This document shows, in pieces, positions 48,439 to 58,442 of a stretch of 64,000 nt of DNA. Position numbers and translations under genes: made by a program. Numbering within the stretch: position 1 is the first letter of the stretch; the number at the start of each line of letters is the position of its first letter. This DNA comes from Candidatus Cloacimonadota bacterium (lineage in GTDB: Bacteria; Cloacimonadota; Cloacimonadia; G963667145), in contig OY781092.1 in the NCBI GenBank assembly GCA_963676615.1, positions 1,216,001-1,280,000 of the forward strand, given 5' to 3'. The notes beneath the pieces are model-generated. The model worked only from the letters and a program-made list of their open reading frames with translations, was not told where the DNA came from and did no database searches.

Positions 48439-50328
48439 CTACTGACTAAACTGCAAATTATAAAGCTTTTGATACTGCCCACAAGACTGCAAAAGCTCCT
48501 CGTGTCTGCCAACTCCCACAATTTCGCCGCTCTCCATCACCACAATTTTGTCCGCCGAAAGCACAGTTGACAAGCGATGAGCGATAACAAACACCGTCCG
48601 ATCAGCAGTCACCCTGTCGATAGCCGTCTGCACATTTTTTTCCGCAATCGTATCCAGCGCCGAAGTCGCCTCGTCAAAAATCAAAATCGGCGGATCAGCC
48701 ACCACCGCTCTGGCGATGCACAACCGCTGCTTCTGACCTCCCGAAAGATTCGCCCCCTTCGAAGTCAGCATCTGCTGATAACCATTGGGAAATTTCTCGA
48801 TAAAATCGCTGGCAAAAGCCACTCGCGCAGCATTTATCACCTGCTCCTGGCTCGCCTTTTGCGGATGCCCATAGGCGATATTATTGAAAATCGTGTCCGT
48901 AAACAAAATCGAATTTTGCGTAACGATGCCAAACAGCGAGCGCAACGAGCGCAACGAGAACTCCTTGCTGGAAACTCCGTCGATCAAAATCTGCCCATCA
49001 AAATAGTCGTAGAAGCGCGGCAAAAGATTAACCAAAGTCGTCTTGCCGCTGCCAGAGCTCCCCACAAAAGCCACCGTTTGCCCTTTTTCCACCTGCAAAT
49101 TCAAGCCCTTGAGCACATTCTGCGCATCCCGAGAATACGCAAAGCTCAAATCTTTAATCTCGATTTTTTCGTTAAACTCCAGCACCTCTTTGGCGTCCAC
49201 TTTTTCCACAACGCCAGTGTCCAAATCCAAAATCTTGGAAACCCGCTCCAGCGAGACATTCGCCTTCTTCAGTTCGGCATAGCAGCGACTCATCACTTTA
49301 ATCGGATGCAGCATCGAAGCCACCGCAGCCAAAAAAACCATAAAATCGCCAAAAGTAAAACTGCCCTTGCCGTTCAAAACTTGCGAGCCGCCCAACAGCA
49401 AAATTATAATAATCGTCAAAATCGAATTAACTTCCGAAAGAGGCGTATTTATCGTCTTATAAAGCAGCGACTTAAGCTCAAACTTCAGGTGCGTTGCGTT
49501 GATGTCGTTAAACTTCTGCTTCTCGACATCCTCCTTGCAAAAAGCTTTCACGATCCAAATATTCGCCAGAGCCTCCTCCACATGCGAAAAAAGATCAGAA
49601 AATTTCGCCTGAATCCGCTGAGAATACTTCTTGATTTTTTTGCCAATCAGCCCGATAATCACTGGGAACAGCGGCAAAACGACGATACTAATCAAAAGCA
49701 GCTTTGCGTTGATGCTCAGCGCCAGCACAAAAAACGCAAGCACCGTGATGCCGTTGCGGACAATCTCCACAAGCGAGGTGATATACAGCGTGCTGATGAT
49801 GTCCACATCGTTGACCATCCGCACCATCGAATCGCCCACCTTGTTGTTCGAAAAAAACAAAAGCGACTGCCGCATATAGCTGGCAAACATCATATCGCGC
49901 ACATCTTTTATCGTCAAAAATTTCAACTTCCCAAAGCAAATTTTGTCGCCATAAAAAAACATATTTTTGGCAAAAATCGCCGCAATGGCTACCGCTCCAA
50001 CAATCATCAGCAACATAAACGGCTCGGTCGTCATCAAGACCCCTTGCAAAGTCTGCCAAAACGGAGCAAAAACTTCGGTGCCAGAAAACCACTGGCTAAA
50101 CGAAGGCAACCGCTCCAGACTAAACTTTACCGCTTCCCAAAAGGAAGCCAAATCCGTGAAACTGTTAACGCTGCCCGGCTCTCGCACAAAAATAAAATCG
50201 AGCACGGGCTTCACAAAAGTGATCGACACCGCCGAAAACAGCGAAAATCCGAACATAAACAAAAGCCCAAGCAGCAGATACGGCCAGTGACGAAGCGAAA
50301 TTTTATACAATCTTCTGATGTTACTCAT
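48439..50328 (-). CDS. MsbA-like ABC exporter (TMD + NBD)
   Basis: GSSGSGKTT..NLLPRFYD, LSGGQKQR, DEATSALD, IAHRLST; TAATG overlap with surE. Confidence 0.85.
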   Translation of the reverse strand: MSNIRRLYKISLRHWPYLLLGLLFMFGFSLFSAVSITFVKPVLDFIFVREPGSVNSFTDLASFWEAVKFSLERLPSFSQWFSGTEVFAPFWQTLQGVLMTTEPFMLLMIVGAVAIAAIFAKNMFFYGDKICFGKLKFLTIKDVRDMMFASYMRQSLLFFSNNKVGDSMVRMVNDVDIISTLYITSLVEIVRNGITVLAFFVLALSINAKLLLISIVVLPLFPVIIGLIGKKIKKYSQRIQAKFSDLFSHVEEALANIWIVKAFCKEDVEKQKFNDINATHLKFELKSLLYKTINTPLSEVNSILTIIIILLLGGSQVLNGKGSFTFGDFMVFLAAVASMLHPIKVMSRCYAELKKANVSLERVSKILDLDTGVVEKVDAKEVLEFNEKIEIKDLSFAYSRDAQNVLKGLNLQVEKGQTVAFVGSSGSGKTTLVNLLPRFYDYFDGQILIDGVSSKEFSLRSLRSLFGIVTQNSILFTDTIFNNIAYGHPQKASQEQVINAARVAFASDFIEKFPNGYQQMLTSKGANLSGGQKQRLCIARAVVADPPILIFDEATSALDTIAEKNVQTAIDRVTADRTVFVIAHRLSTVLSADKIVVMESGEIVGVGRHEELLQSCGQYQKLYNLQFSQ

Positions 50329-51089
50329 TAGCGAAACTCTCCCAAAAAGCGCCATTCTCGCAACTTATCGATCGAACATTGATGCGAAAAATTGGCAAAA
50401 ACTGGCGTTATCGAAATTTTCTGCTCGTGCACAGCCTCGATATCCGAGCCAACATCGTGCCGATACACAATGTCTTCCACGCCAAAATTGAACTCAATCG
50501 TGCCGTCGTCCTGCATCTTCCCTTTGCTAAAACCAACGAACTCCCGATGCCCAAGACAAGTCACCGCAACGCCCTGCAGCTCTTCGCGCGAAACTTTTGG
50601 AACATTTATGTTCAAAAACTCCTGTTTGCCGATGAAGTCGGTCAAATCGTTCTGCAACGCCTGCGCAATAAACTCCGCAGCCAAGCTAAAATCGGTCGCA
50701 TCAAAACCCATCTGCGAAATCGCTATCGCCTTGTAGCCGTGGAACGAGCCCTCGCGCGCGGCAGCGACAGTCCCCGAATAGTAAATATCCTCGCCGATAT
50801 TTTGCCCCTGATTTATTCCCGAAATCACCAAATCGATTTTCTCGTCCTTAAAAAGCAACTTCTCGGCAACCAACACGCAATCCGCGGGCGTTCCGTCGAT
50901 CATATAGCGATTTTTCTGCATCTGCCGACACACCAACTTCTCAAACAAAGTGATGCTGTGCGACTTGGCGCTTTGTTGCGTTGCGGGCGCCACCACAAAA
51001 AGGTTATGCCCATCTTTTTCCAGCCGAGCAATCAGCGTCTGAATGCCGCCAGCGTTGTATCCGTCGTCGTTCGAAATCAAAATATTCAA
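50328..51089 (-). CDS. surE: 5'/3'-nucleotidase SurE
   Basis: ILISNDDG, VVAP, GTPADCV, SGINQG.N, YSGTVAAA.EG. Confidence 0.93.
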   Translation of the reverse strand: MNILISNDDGYNAGGIQTLIARLEKDGHNLFVVAPATQQSAKSHSITLFEKLVCRQMQKNRYMIDGTPADCVLVAEKLLFKDEKIDLVISGINQGQNIGEDIYYSGTVAAAREGSFHGYKAIAISQMGFDATDFSLAAEFIAQALQNDLTDFIGKQEFLNINVPKVSREELQGVAVTCLGHREFVGFSKGKMQDDGTIEFNFGVEDIVYRHDVGSDIEAVHEQKISITPVFANFSHQCSIDKLREWRFLGEFR

Positions 51090-51149
51090 TTTACACTTCC
51101 TATCTATTCCAAAATTTTCGCAATTCTACTCAAAAGCGAAATCTGGCAA

Positions 51150-52445
51150 CTATTTTTTCTCTTTCCTTTGCAAAAATTCGGGCAAAATCTTGGCAATTTC
51201 CGCCTTTATTTTGGCAAAATCAAAGCTCACAAAATCGCCATCGGCATATAATCTGCGCCCAGCGACCCACACATCGCTCACATCGCTGGCTTGGGCGCTG
51301 TACACCAGCAGCGACACCAAATCGTGCGCAGGATACAGGTGCGGCTTGTCCAAATCCAGCAAAACGATATCCGCCTGTTTGCCTTTCACAAAGCTGCCGA
51401 TTTCGTCCTGCAAGCCAAGAGCCTTAGCGCCCTCAATCGTCGCCATCTGCAAAATTTTGCTCGCTGGCAAAACCTGCGGATCTCCCGTAACGCCTTTGGC
51501 GATAAGCGCCGCAAGGTGCATCTCCTCGAACATATTTTGGTTGTTGTTGCTCGCTGGTCCGTCCGTTCCCAGCGCAACTCCCACTCCCGCATCCAGCATC
51601 TTTTGCACCGGCGCAAACCCGTTGGCAAGCTTCAGATTGCTGCTGGGATTATGCACGACGAAAGTCCGCTTCTCCGCCAAAATCTGCAAATCGGCGTCTG
51701 TTGCCTGCACGCAATGAGCCGCCATCGCTTTGCCATCCAAAAGCCCCAAATCTGCGACATACGCAATGGGCGTTTTGCCCCAATCGGCGCTGGCTTTGCG
51801 CATCTCGTCCAAACTCTCGGAAAGATGAATATGCACAGGAATCTGCAGCTCTTTTTGCAGCTCTCGCACCTTTTGCAAAAACTCTCCCGAGCAAGTATAA
51901 GGTGCGTGAGGACCAAGCATCGTCGAAATTCTGCCGTCTGCTGCCCCGTGCCATTTTTGCCAAAAATCTCTCGCCTCTTGCAACTTAAAATCGTCCGCAG
52001 GGCTAAACCAAGTGAGCCCACGACACAACGATGCCCGTAACCCACTGTCTTGCACGGAGTTAGCTACATCATCCAAAAAAAAATACATATCCGCAAAGCA
52101 AGTCGTCCCCGAGGCGATCATCTCCGCACACGAAAGCGCACACCCCCAATAAACCATCTGCCCGCTGAGATTTTCCTCCAGCGGCAAAATCTTATCGTTG
52201 AGCCACTGCCAAAACGCCAAATCGTCGGCGTAGCCCCGCATCAGACTCATGGCGATATGCGTGTGAGCGTTCACAAGACCTGGCATCGCCAGCTTTCCAC
52301 TACCGTCGATTATCTCATCCGGCACAAAATCCGCTGGCTTTTCGCCCACAAACGCGATTTCCTGACCGTCGATTCCGATGCAACCGCAGCCAACGCTGCC
52401 GCAATCTTCGCTCAAAATCTGCAAATTTTCGATTAAGGTTTTCAT
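51150..52445 (-). CDS. Amidohydrolase, MtaD/DadD-like (MTA/SAH/5'-deoxyadenosine deaminase)
   Basis: PGLVNAHTH..MSL.RGYADD, GPHAPYT, HLSE, HNPSSN.KLA.G, GTDG.ASNN. Confidence 0.8.
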   Translation of the reverse strand: MKTLIENLQILSEDCGSVGCGCIGIDGQEIAFVGEKPADFVPDEIIDGSGKLAMPGLVNAHTHIAMSLMRGYADDLAFWQWLNDKILPLEENLSGQMVYWGCALSCAEMIASGTTCFADMYFFLDDVANSVQDSGLRASLCRGLTWFSPADDFKLQEARDFWQKWHGAADGRISTMLGPHAPYTCSGEFLQKVRELQKELQIPVHIHLSESLDEMRKASADWGKTPIAYVADLGLLDGKAMAAHCVQATDADLQILAEKRTFVVHNPSSNLKLANGFAPVQKMLDAGVGVALGTDGPASNNNQNMFEEMHLAALIAKGVTGDPQVLPASKILQMATIEGAKALGLQDEIGSFVKGKQADIVLLDLDKPHLYPAHDLVSLLVYSAQASDVSDVWVAGRRLYADGDFVSFDFAKIKAEIAKILPEFLQRKEKK

Positions 52446-53089
52446 TTATCTTGCCCGTAGCTATTTTTCACAAATTCTTGCATCGCCAAAACATCGTCCG
52501 ACGAAATCAACTGCGGCGTGCCAATCGACTTTGCCATATAGTAAATTTTTGCCGACTTTTCCAAAACGAAACTTTTTTTGAAAGCATCCTCCAGACTTGC
52601 TCCCACGCACACAGCGCCGTGATTTGGAATCAGCACCGCTCCACGCTCGGCAAGCCCCTGAATTACGAACTTCGCCAGATCTTTCGTCCCCGGCAGAGCG
52701 TAGTTGCAGCAAACGACCTTCTCGCCCACAATCTGCGCAAAATCTTCGCAAACAGCAGGAATCTCCCAACCAAGCACGCCAAACACGCTCGAATAAACAG
52801 GATGCGTATGCACCACCGCCAGCACATCTGGACGAGCATTCAAAATTCCGATATGAAAATTATACTCAATCGACGGCTTGCGTCTGCCTTCCACCACCTG
52901 ATATTCGCTGTTCATCACCACTACATCACTCTCCGCAATTGCGCCGTAGTCCATTCCGCTGGGCTTGATATAAATAAGCCCGCTGTCTGGATCTTGCACC
53001 GAGATATTCCCCCAAGTGCCGACAGTAAGCCCATCGGCAATCATCTTTCTGCCAGCGTCAACAATCATCTTCTTAAACTTATTCGCCAT
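52442..53089 (-). CDS. Class II aldolase/adducin-family protein (FucA/Ald2-like)
   Basis: GT.GNIS, IKPSG..Y, PSIE…H, VVHTH, YALPGT, NHGA. Confidence 0.88.
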   Translation of the reverse strand: MANKFKKMIVDAGRKMIADGLTVGTWGNISVQDPDSGLIYIKPSGMDYGAIAESDVVVMNSEYQVVEGRRKPSIEYNFHIGILNARPDVLAVVHTHPVYSSVFGVLGWEIPAVCEDFAQIVGEKVVCCNYALPGTKDLAKFVIQGLAERGAVLIPNHGAVCVGASLEDAFKKSFVLEKSAKIYYMAKSIGTPQLISSDDVLAMQEFVKNSYGQDK

Positions 53090-53188
53090 CAAAACCTCTT
53101 TATTCTTCCAAAAAAATCACCCACAAACCAAGCAAACATTGTAACTAGCTCAAAAACAACTTTCTTAAACCATAGCGCTTCGTCAAAC

Positions 53189-53221
53189 AAAAAAGGCGAA
53201 AGAGAAAAACTCTTCCGCCTT
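53189..53221 (-). terminator. Intrinsic terminator after ygfK
   Basis: Minus strand AAGGCGGAAGAG-loop-CTCTTTCGCC followed by a T run. Confidence 0.7.
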
Positions 53222-53239
53222 GTCGAAATAAATCTTCGA

Positions 53240-56200
53240 TTAGTAAGCGAACAAATATTTGTGGTTTGTATAGCAAGCCCAAATAATCTCCGCAAGCCCC
53301 TCTGGCAACATTACATCTGGGCAGCCGTCTTTGTCGAAATCCACGCAAAGCACTTCTCCCCAAACTTTCACCTTGAACTTCGGAGCGTCGCCGCCTTTCA
53401 AAAGCACAAAGCCGTTGTTTTGGTTATCGCAGAAATCTCGCTCTGTCCAGAAAAGCGTGAACTTATCTTTGTATGGCTCGCCGATGTAAGGGCAGAAAAA
53501 TCCGCAGTTACCGCACTCGTTACACATCCCGTCGATATGCACGATTTGGTTCACCTTCTCCAGCTCCGCAACGCGAATTTGCACATTGGCTCTGTTCGGA
53601 CAAACCGACGAGCAGATATTACAAACCGTATCGCAACCAAGACAACGCTCAGCCTCTTTTTCGCCATCGGCAGGAGCCACCATCACAGCCTTTTTCGCCC
53701 TAATTTCGCTCTCGTCCACCTCGATGTCGTCAACCCAGAACCTGTCCTCAAAACCAACTACACCCTCTTTGAACATAATCGACTTTGCCACTTTTGTCGC
53801 ATCGGCAATCGCCTCCACAACAGTCGCCGGTCCCCTTTGCACATCGCCAGCGATGTAAACATTGCGCAAATCTGTCTCCAAAGAAAACTCGCTGATGACC
53901 TTATTCACGCCCTTCGAGTTCAAGAAACTCCAGTCAACTTTTTCGCCGATACTCGAGATAACCGTATCCACAGCCAAAGTCTCAAATTTGCCAGTGCCGA
54001 CAGGCCTTGCTCTGCCAGAAGCGTCTTTCGCGCCAAGCTCCATCACCTCGCACTTAAAACTCTTGCCGTCATAACTAACAGGCGACAACAGATTTTTGAA
54101 AATCACACCATCCTCTTGGGCAAGCTCCAGCTCCTCCAAATCCGCAGGCATCTGCTCGATAGTCCGACGATACACAATGTAAACATCGTCCGCCAACCTC
54201 TTGGCAGCGCGGGCAGCGTCCATTGCAGTGTTACCGCCACCAATCACAGCAACCTTTTTGCCGATTTTAGCCTTGCCAGCCACAAAATCGCTCAAGAAGT
54301 TAATCGCGTTCAAGCTCTCTCCGCCTTGCAAATCCACAAAAGTGTGCTTGCCAGCGCCGATAGCCAAAACCACATACTTATAGCCGCTCTCCTTCAACTT
54401 CTCAATGTCGAAATCTTGGCAATTGTAATTGAACTTCACGCCCAACTTCTCTGCCAAACTCACATCTTTGGCGATGCTATCGCGAGAAATCCTAAAATCT
54501 GGAATCACATTCACAACCGTTCCGCCAGCAGTGGCAGACTTCTCAAAAACCTCAACCGTAAAACCTTCACGAGCAAGGAAATACGACGAAGCGATACCAG
54601 CAGGACCAGCGCCGATTACAGCCACTTTCACGCCCTTAGCCTCGCCTTTTTCCAGCTTCAAGCCAGCAAACCCTTTCTCCGCAGCCAAAAGCTTCATCTC
54701 CCTAATCGCCACAGAAGCATCATACTCCATTCTCGTGCATTTATTCATACAAGTGTGCGGGCAAATCGTCCCCGTAATAAACGGAAGGGGGTTTTTCGCC
54801 GTAATAATCTGCAACGCTTTGGCATACTCGCCGCGCGCAACAGCATCCAGATAATCCGGAATATCTTGCCCAATCGGACACTGCACACTACACGGATCGA
54901 CAAAACAGTCCACCATCGGCAGCGGCTCATCGATTTTTCTGCTGCTAAGCGGGTGGTTCTCTTTTTTATGGTTCAAATCGTCAAAAACGCCATCAGCCAA
55001 CTTTTGCAAAGCCGCAACATCCACCTTTTCGTAACCGCCGTTCGGCAAAAGCGGATCCACGATACTCGCCAACTGATTGAACCTGTCATAACCACCTGGC
55101 TTGAGCAAACTCGTCGCCAAAGTAATCGGACGAATGCCGCAAGCCGCAATTTTTTCGATGTTAAAAGCGTCCGCTCCACCAGAATACGAAATCTTCAACT
55201 CGCCATTAAAATGCTTCGCCAGCTTCGCCGCCAAGTTAATCGTCAACGGATACAAAGCTCTGCCCGACATATACATCTCCTCGCCTGGCAAAATCCCCTT
55301 GCGATTTACAGACTGCAAAGTGTTCGAGAGCTTCACGCCAAACTCTTTGCCCTGCTCTTTGGCAAAAGCAATCAGGCGCTCAATCATCGGCAGCGCTTGC
55401 TCAATCTTCAGGTCGTTATCAAAAAACGCCTGTTTTTGCAAAATATCAAAGCCCAATTTCTCCCAAGTTTTTTGCAAGAAATCAGAACCCAAAAGCGTAG
55501 GATTAAGTTTGGCAAAAACATTCAACTTCTTTGTCTCCAAAAGATACTTCACGATCTTCTCGATCTCGTCTGGAGGGCATCCGTGCATCGTCGAAAGCGT
55601 AATCCCCTGACAAATTTGCGCAGGAATCGCATCGATAAACGCATCGTCAATCCCGTCGATTTTCGCATCTTTAAGCACCTTTTGGCACTCAGCAAAAATC
55701 GGTTGCGTAGAAGCGTTCTTCAGACCTTCGATAAACTGGTCAACCTTTGGATTCAAAATGCCTTCCAAGTTATAACCAACCGACATATTAAACACAAAAC
55801 GCCCGTTAGCTTTGCCCGAAAGACCAAGTTTTTTATCCAAAATATGCAAAATAAACCACGCCTTCACATACTCGTCAAAAGCGTTCGCCTCGCCGATTTT
55901 GCGCTCTTGCTCGTCTTGGCTCCAGCGCCCTATCGCCAGCTCGGTCGACCACTCTGTGTTATAACACTCGTCGGCAGACTCGATACAAGGCTTGCCCAGC
56001 TCCAGCTTGTCCAAAATTTGCACCGTCTTAATCTCAAAAAATCTGGCTCCAGCCAAATAAGAAGCGATAATATTTTGGCAAAGTTGCGAATGCGGACCAG
56101 CAGCTGGCCCTACAATTGTCGAAATCTTCTCGCCAAAAACTTCGGCAAAATTCTCATTCTTCTTTTGGAAAAACTTACCTTTCGAAACCGAAAAAATACT

Positions 56201-56275
56201 TCCATTCTCTTCATACTCGTCAAAAATCCATTTAACGAGCTTGTCCATTGGTATTCTGCGCATATGATCACTCAT
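53240..56275 (-). CDS. ygfK: YgfK-like Fe-S flavoprotein oxidoreductase (often annotated 'putative selenate reductase'; linked to anaerobic purine catabolism)
   Basis: GPAAGPHSQL.QNI, ECYN.EWSTEL, STMHGCPP.EIE, KLNPTLLG, YMSGR.L, GAGPAG, GGGNTAMD, CNECGNC..FCP. Confidence 0.9.
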   Translation of the reverse strand: MSDHMRRIPMDKLVKWIFDEYEENGSIFSVSKGKFFQKKNENFAEVFGEKISTIVGPAAGPHSQLCQNIIASYLAGARFFEIKTVQILDKLELGKPCIESADECYNTEWSTELAIGRWSQDEQERKIGEANAFDEYVKAWFILHILDKKLGLSGKANGRFVFNMSVGYNLEGILNPKVDQFIEGLKNASTQPIFAECQKVLKDAKIDGIDDAFIDAIPAQICQGITLSTMHGCPPDEIEKIVKYLLETKKLNVFAKLNPTLLGSDFLQKTWEKLGFDILQKQAFFDNDLKIEQALPMIERLIAFAKEQGKEFGVKLSNTLQSVNRKGILPGEEMYMSGRALYPLTINLAAKLAKHFNGELKISYSGGADAFNIEKIAACGIRPITLATSLLKPGGYDRFNQLASIVDPLLPNGGYEKVDVAALQKLADGVFDDLNHKKENHPLSSRKIDEPLPMVDCFVDPCSVQCPIGQDIPDYLDAVARGEYAKALQIITAKNPLPFITGTICPHTCMNKCTRMEYDASVAIREMKLLAAEKGFAGLKLEKGEAKGVKVAVIGAGPAGIASSYFLAREGFTVEVFEKSATAGGTVVNVIPDFRISRDSIAKDVSLAEKLGVKFNYNCQDFDIEKLKESGYKYVVLAIGAGKHTFVDLQGGESLNAINFLSDFVAGKAKIGKKVAVIGGGNTAMDAARAAKRLADDVYIVYRRTIEQMPADLEELELAQEDGVIFKNLLSPVSYDGKSFKCEVMELGAKDASGRARPVGTGKFETLAVDTVISSIGEKVDWSFLNSKGVNKVISEFSLETDLRNVYIAGDVQRGPATVVEAIADATKVAKSIMFKEGVVGFEDRFWVDDIEVDESEIRAKKAVMVAPADGEKEAERCLGCDTVCNICSSVCPNRANVQIRVAELEKVNQIVHIDGMCNECGNCGFFCPYIGEPYKDKFTLFWTERDFCDNQNNGFVLLKGGDAPKFKVKVWGEVLCVDFDKDGCPDVMLPEGLAEIIWACYTNHKYLFAY

Positions 56276-56532
56276 CGTTGTCTCCTGTATATTTTTTTTC
56301 TTTTAACATTCAAAGATTTTTACATCGTTGCAAGCCGTCAAACATTTTTACAAAAAGGCAAAAAACACCACTTCATCCGAAAAAAAACTAGGCAATTTTC
56401 CACAACTTTGGACTTCACCTAACTTACTGATAAAACAGAAAGATAACGCATAACTCAGCCTCTATTTCGACATCTCTTCAAAAAAAAATAAAAAACTCTT
56501 GCGGGATTTGCAGAAGTTTACTATCAATGTAT

Positions 56533-56627
56533 TTGAATAATTTTTTCTAGCCCTTTTTGTAAAAAGGGTGAAATTCTTCTCCGGAATTGGTGACCACTAC
56601 TTGCAAAAGCAGTGGTCATTTTTTTTT
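56533..56627 (+). ncRNA. Candidate orphan small RNA ending in an intrinsic terminator
   Basis: + strand terminator TGACCACT…AGTGGTCA followed by a T run (about 56591-56627) with no + strand gene upstream; internal hairpin CCCTTTTT/AAAAAGGG; promoter-like TTGCGG…TACTAT at 56499-56524. Confidence 0.4.
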
Positions 56628-56650
56628 GCCCCCAAAAAAACTCCATCGAC

Positions 56651-57340
56651 CTAAAAATCTAAGCCCAAATTCAGCAGATAATCTGGCTCGACATAACGAT
56701 GATAAATCGAGGCAAACTGCACAAAATAGCCGTTAAAGCGCAACTTTAGCCCCGCTCCAATCGTGTTTTTGCGCATCGAAATCTGCAAATCGCAAAATTT
56801 TTGCAGCGGCACATCGGTGGAGACCAAAAAGTTTTCGGCATCTATCAGCAAGCTCAAAAGCCTGCCATAGCGGAGTTCAGCCGCCCACTGGTTCTCTTGG
56901 ATAGACGAGCAAATCGCATAGCCCTCCAGCGAAAAAGCAGCCACTCCCATAGCCACCGCAGCGTCCCTTTTGCTGACTTTGTCGTCGTCGATCTGATGAG
57001 AAAAGCTCGCTCCAGCCCGCAATCTTCCCGTGCGAAAATTCGCCCCAAGAGAACTTTTGAACTTTTTGTATTTGGCAAAATGGAAATAGTCGTAATCGAC
57101 CGCAAAGCCAAACCTGCCAACGCTTTTGCCCGCCGACAAATGATAACTCGTCAACTTGTCATCAGCGTTATAAAACTTCGCGCCGCACGAAAAGCTAGAG
57201 TCTTGCAAAGCTGGATTTAGCAAAAAACGCCGTGCAGGCTCCAAATACAAATCGCTCTCCGCCCACAGCGCACCAAAATTCGCCAACAAAAAAATCGAGC
57301 AAAAAACCAGCGAAAATTTTTTCAGACTTATAAAAAACAT
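56651..57340 (-). CDS. Putative small outer-membrane beta-barrel protein
   Basis: Signal peptide, alternating amphipathic strands, C-terminal beta-signal-like YLLNLGLDF; start uncertain. Confidence 0.55.
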   Translation of the reverse strand: MFFISLKKFSLVFCSIFLLANFGALWAESDLYLEPARRFLLNPALQDSSFSCGAKFYNADDKLTSYHLSAGKSVGRFGFAVDYDYFHFAKYKKFKSSLGANFRTGRLRAGASFSHQIDDDKVSKRDAAVAMGVAAFSLEGYAICSSIQENQWAAELRYGRLLSLLIDAENFLVSTDVPLQKFCDLQISMRKNTIGAGLKLRFNGYFVQFASIYHRYVEPDYLLNLGLDF

Positions 57341-57380
57341 CCTCCCAAACTTTGAGAGGATGCTTATTAAATCGAAATTT

Positions 57381-58406
57381 TTATTTCCTGAGTTTTTTGA
57401 GGAAAATATCATAGTCCGCTTTGGAAGCTGGCACCCAAATTTCTCCTGCGACGATTTTCACTTTCAGCTCATCGACCTCCTGCAAAATCGCTGCGGGAAC
57501 AAGCTTTTTGGTGGTCGGTGCGATGTCCACTCCGCCCTCTTTTATGCCCTCAACGACAGTTTTGCCGCCTTCCCAGTTTCCTTCGGCAAAATCTTTTGTT
57601 ACATTATAAATCGCGTTGCCCACCATCTTCATCGAAGAAGTAATCACATTCTCTGGCGCCAAATCGCTCTGATCTCGATCCACACCAATGACCATTTTGC
57701 CCTTCTCTTTGGCGGCTTCGATCACGCCGTCTCCCACTCCGCCAGCGGCGTGCATCACCACATCCGCGCCGTTTTTATACATCTGATTGGCTATCGCTTT
57801 GCCTTTGGCAGCGTCGGAAAAGCTCGCCGCATATTGCGTCAAAATCTTGATGGAAGAGTTTGCGTATTTTGCGCCAGCCAAAAATCCATACATAAACCGA
57901 TGAATGACCGGCACATCCATTCCGCCGATAAATCCGATTGTGCCAGTTTTGCTCATTTTGGCGGCGATATAACCCGTCAAAAAGCTCGCCTCTTGCTCCT
58001 TGAACATCACGCACACCACATTCGCAGGCGTTTTGTCGCCATAAGTGAAATCGATAATTCCATACTTCTGGTTCGGATTTCTGGTGGCTTCCGCCAAAAC
58101 GATGTCCGCCATCTTAAAGCCAATGCCCCAAATAATGTCGTTTTGCGCATCGAGCATCGTCTCCAGATTCGACTGATAATCGGCGTCCTGTTTCGACTCG
58201 ACATAGCTAACCTCGATTCCCAGCCCTTTTTGCGCCTTCTGCAAACCTTCCCAGGCAGACTGATTGAAAGACTGGTCGTTCACACCTCCAACATCCGTAA
58301 CCATCGCCACTTTAGCCGTCGCTTTCGATTTCGCCTTTCCGCCGTTACAGCCAAAACAAAAAATCAACAAACCAGCCACCAAAAAAATAGTTCCTCTTTT
58401 TCCCAT
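57381..58406 (-). CDS. BMP/PnrA-family nucleoside-binding lipoprotein
   Basis: Lipobox CFGC; DVGGVNDQSFNQ.AWEG, F.EQEASFL.GY.AA, IGVDRDQ. Confidence 0.9.
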   Translation of the reverse strand: MGKRGTIFLVAGLLIFCFGCNGGKAKSKATAKVAMVTDVGGVNDQSFNQSAWEGLQKAQKGLGIEVSYVESKQDADYQSNLETMLDAQNDIIWGIGFKMADIVLAEATRNPNQKYGIIDFTYGDKTPANVVCVMFKEQEASFLTGYIAAKMSKTGTIGFIGGMDVPVIHRFMYGFLAGAKYANSSIKILTQYAASFSDAAKGKAIANQMYKNGADVVMHAAGGVGDGVIEAAKEKGKMVIGVDRDQSDLAPENVITSSMKMVGNAIYNVTKDFAEGNWEGGKTVVEGIKEGGVDIAPTTKKLVPAAILQEVDELKVKIVAGEIWVPASKADYDIFLKKLRK

Positions 58407-58442
58407 TTTACTCTCCTTTATTTTTCTTTAATCAAAAACCGC

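Noticed and set aside
48938..48958. Short tandem repeat GAGCGCAAC in the MsbA-like gene
   Set aside because: Only about two in-frame copies encoding SLRSLRS; ordinary coding sequence.
48577..50331. 584-aa + strand ORF
   Set aside because: In-register antisense shadow of the MsbA-like gene.
53240..56275. Selenocysteine recoding or a true selenate reductase
   Set aside because: The ORF is uninterrupted with no in-frame TGA, and no molybdopterin subunit lies nearby; the name is a legacy annotation.
52451..56422. 1323-aa + strand ORF as a real giant protein
   Set aside because: In exact antisense register with ygfK and the aldolase, with no recognisable motifs; explained by codon avoidance.
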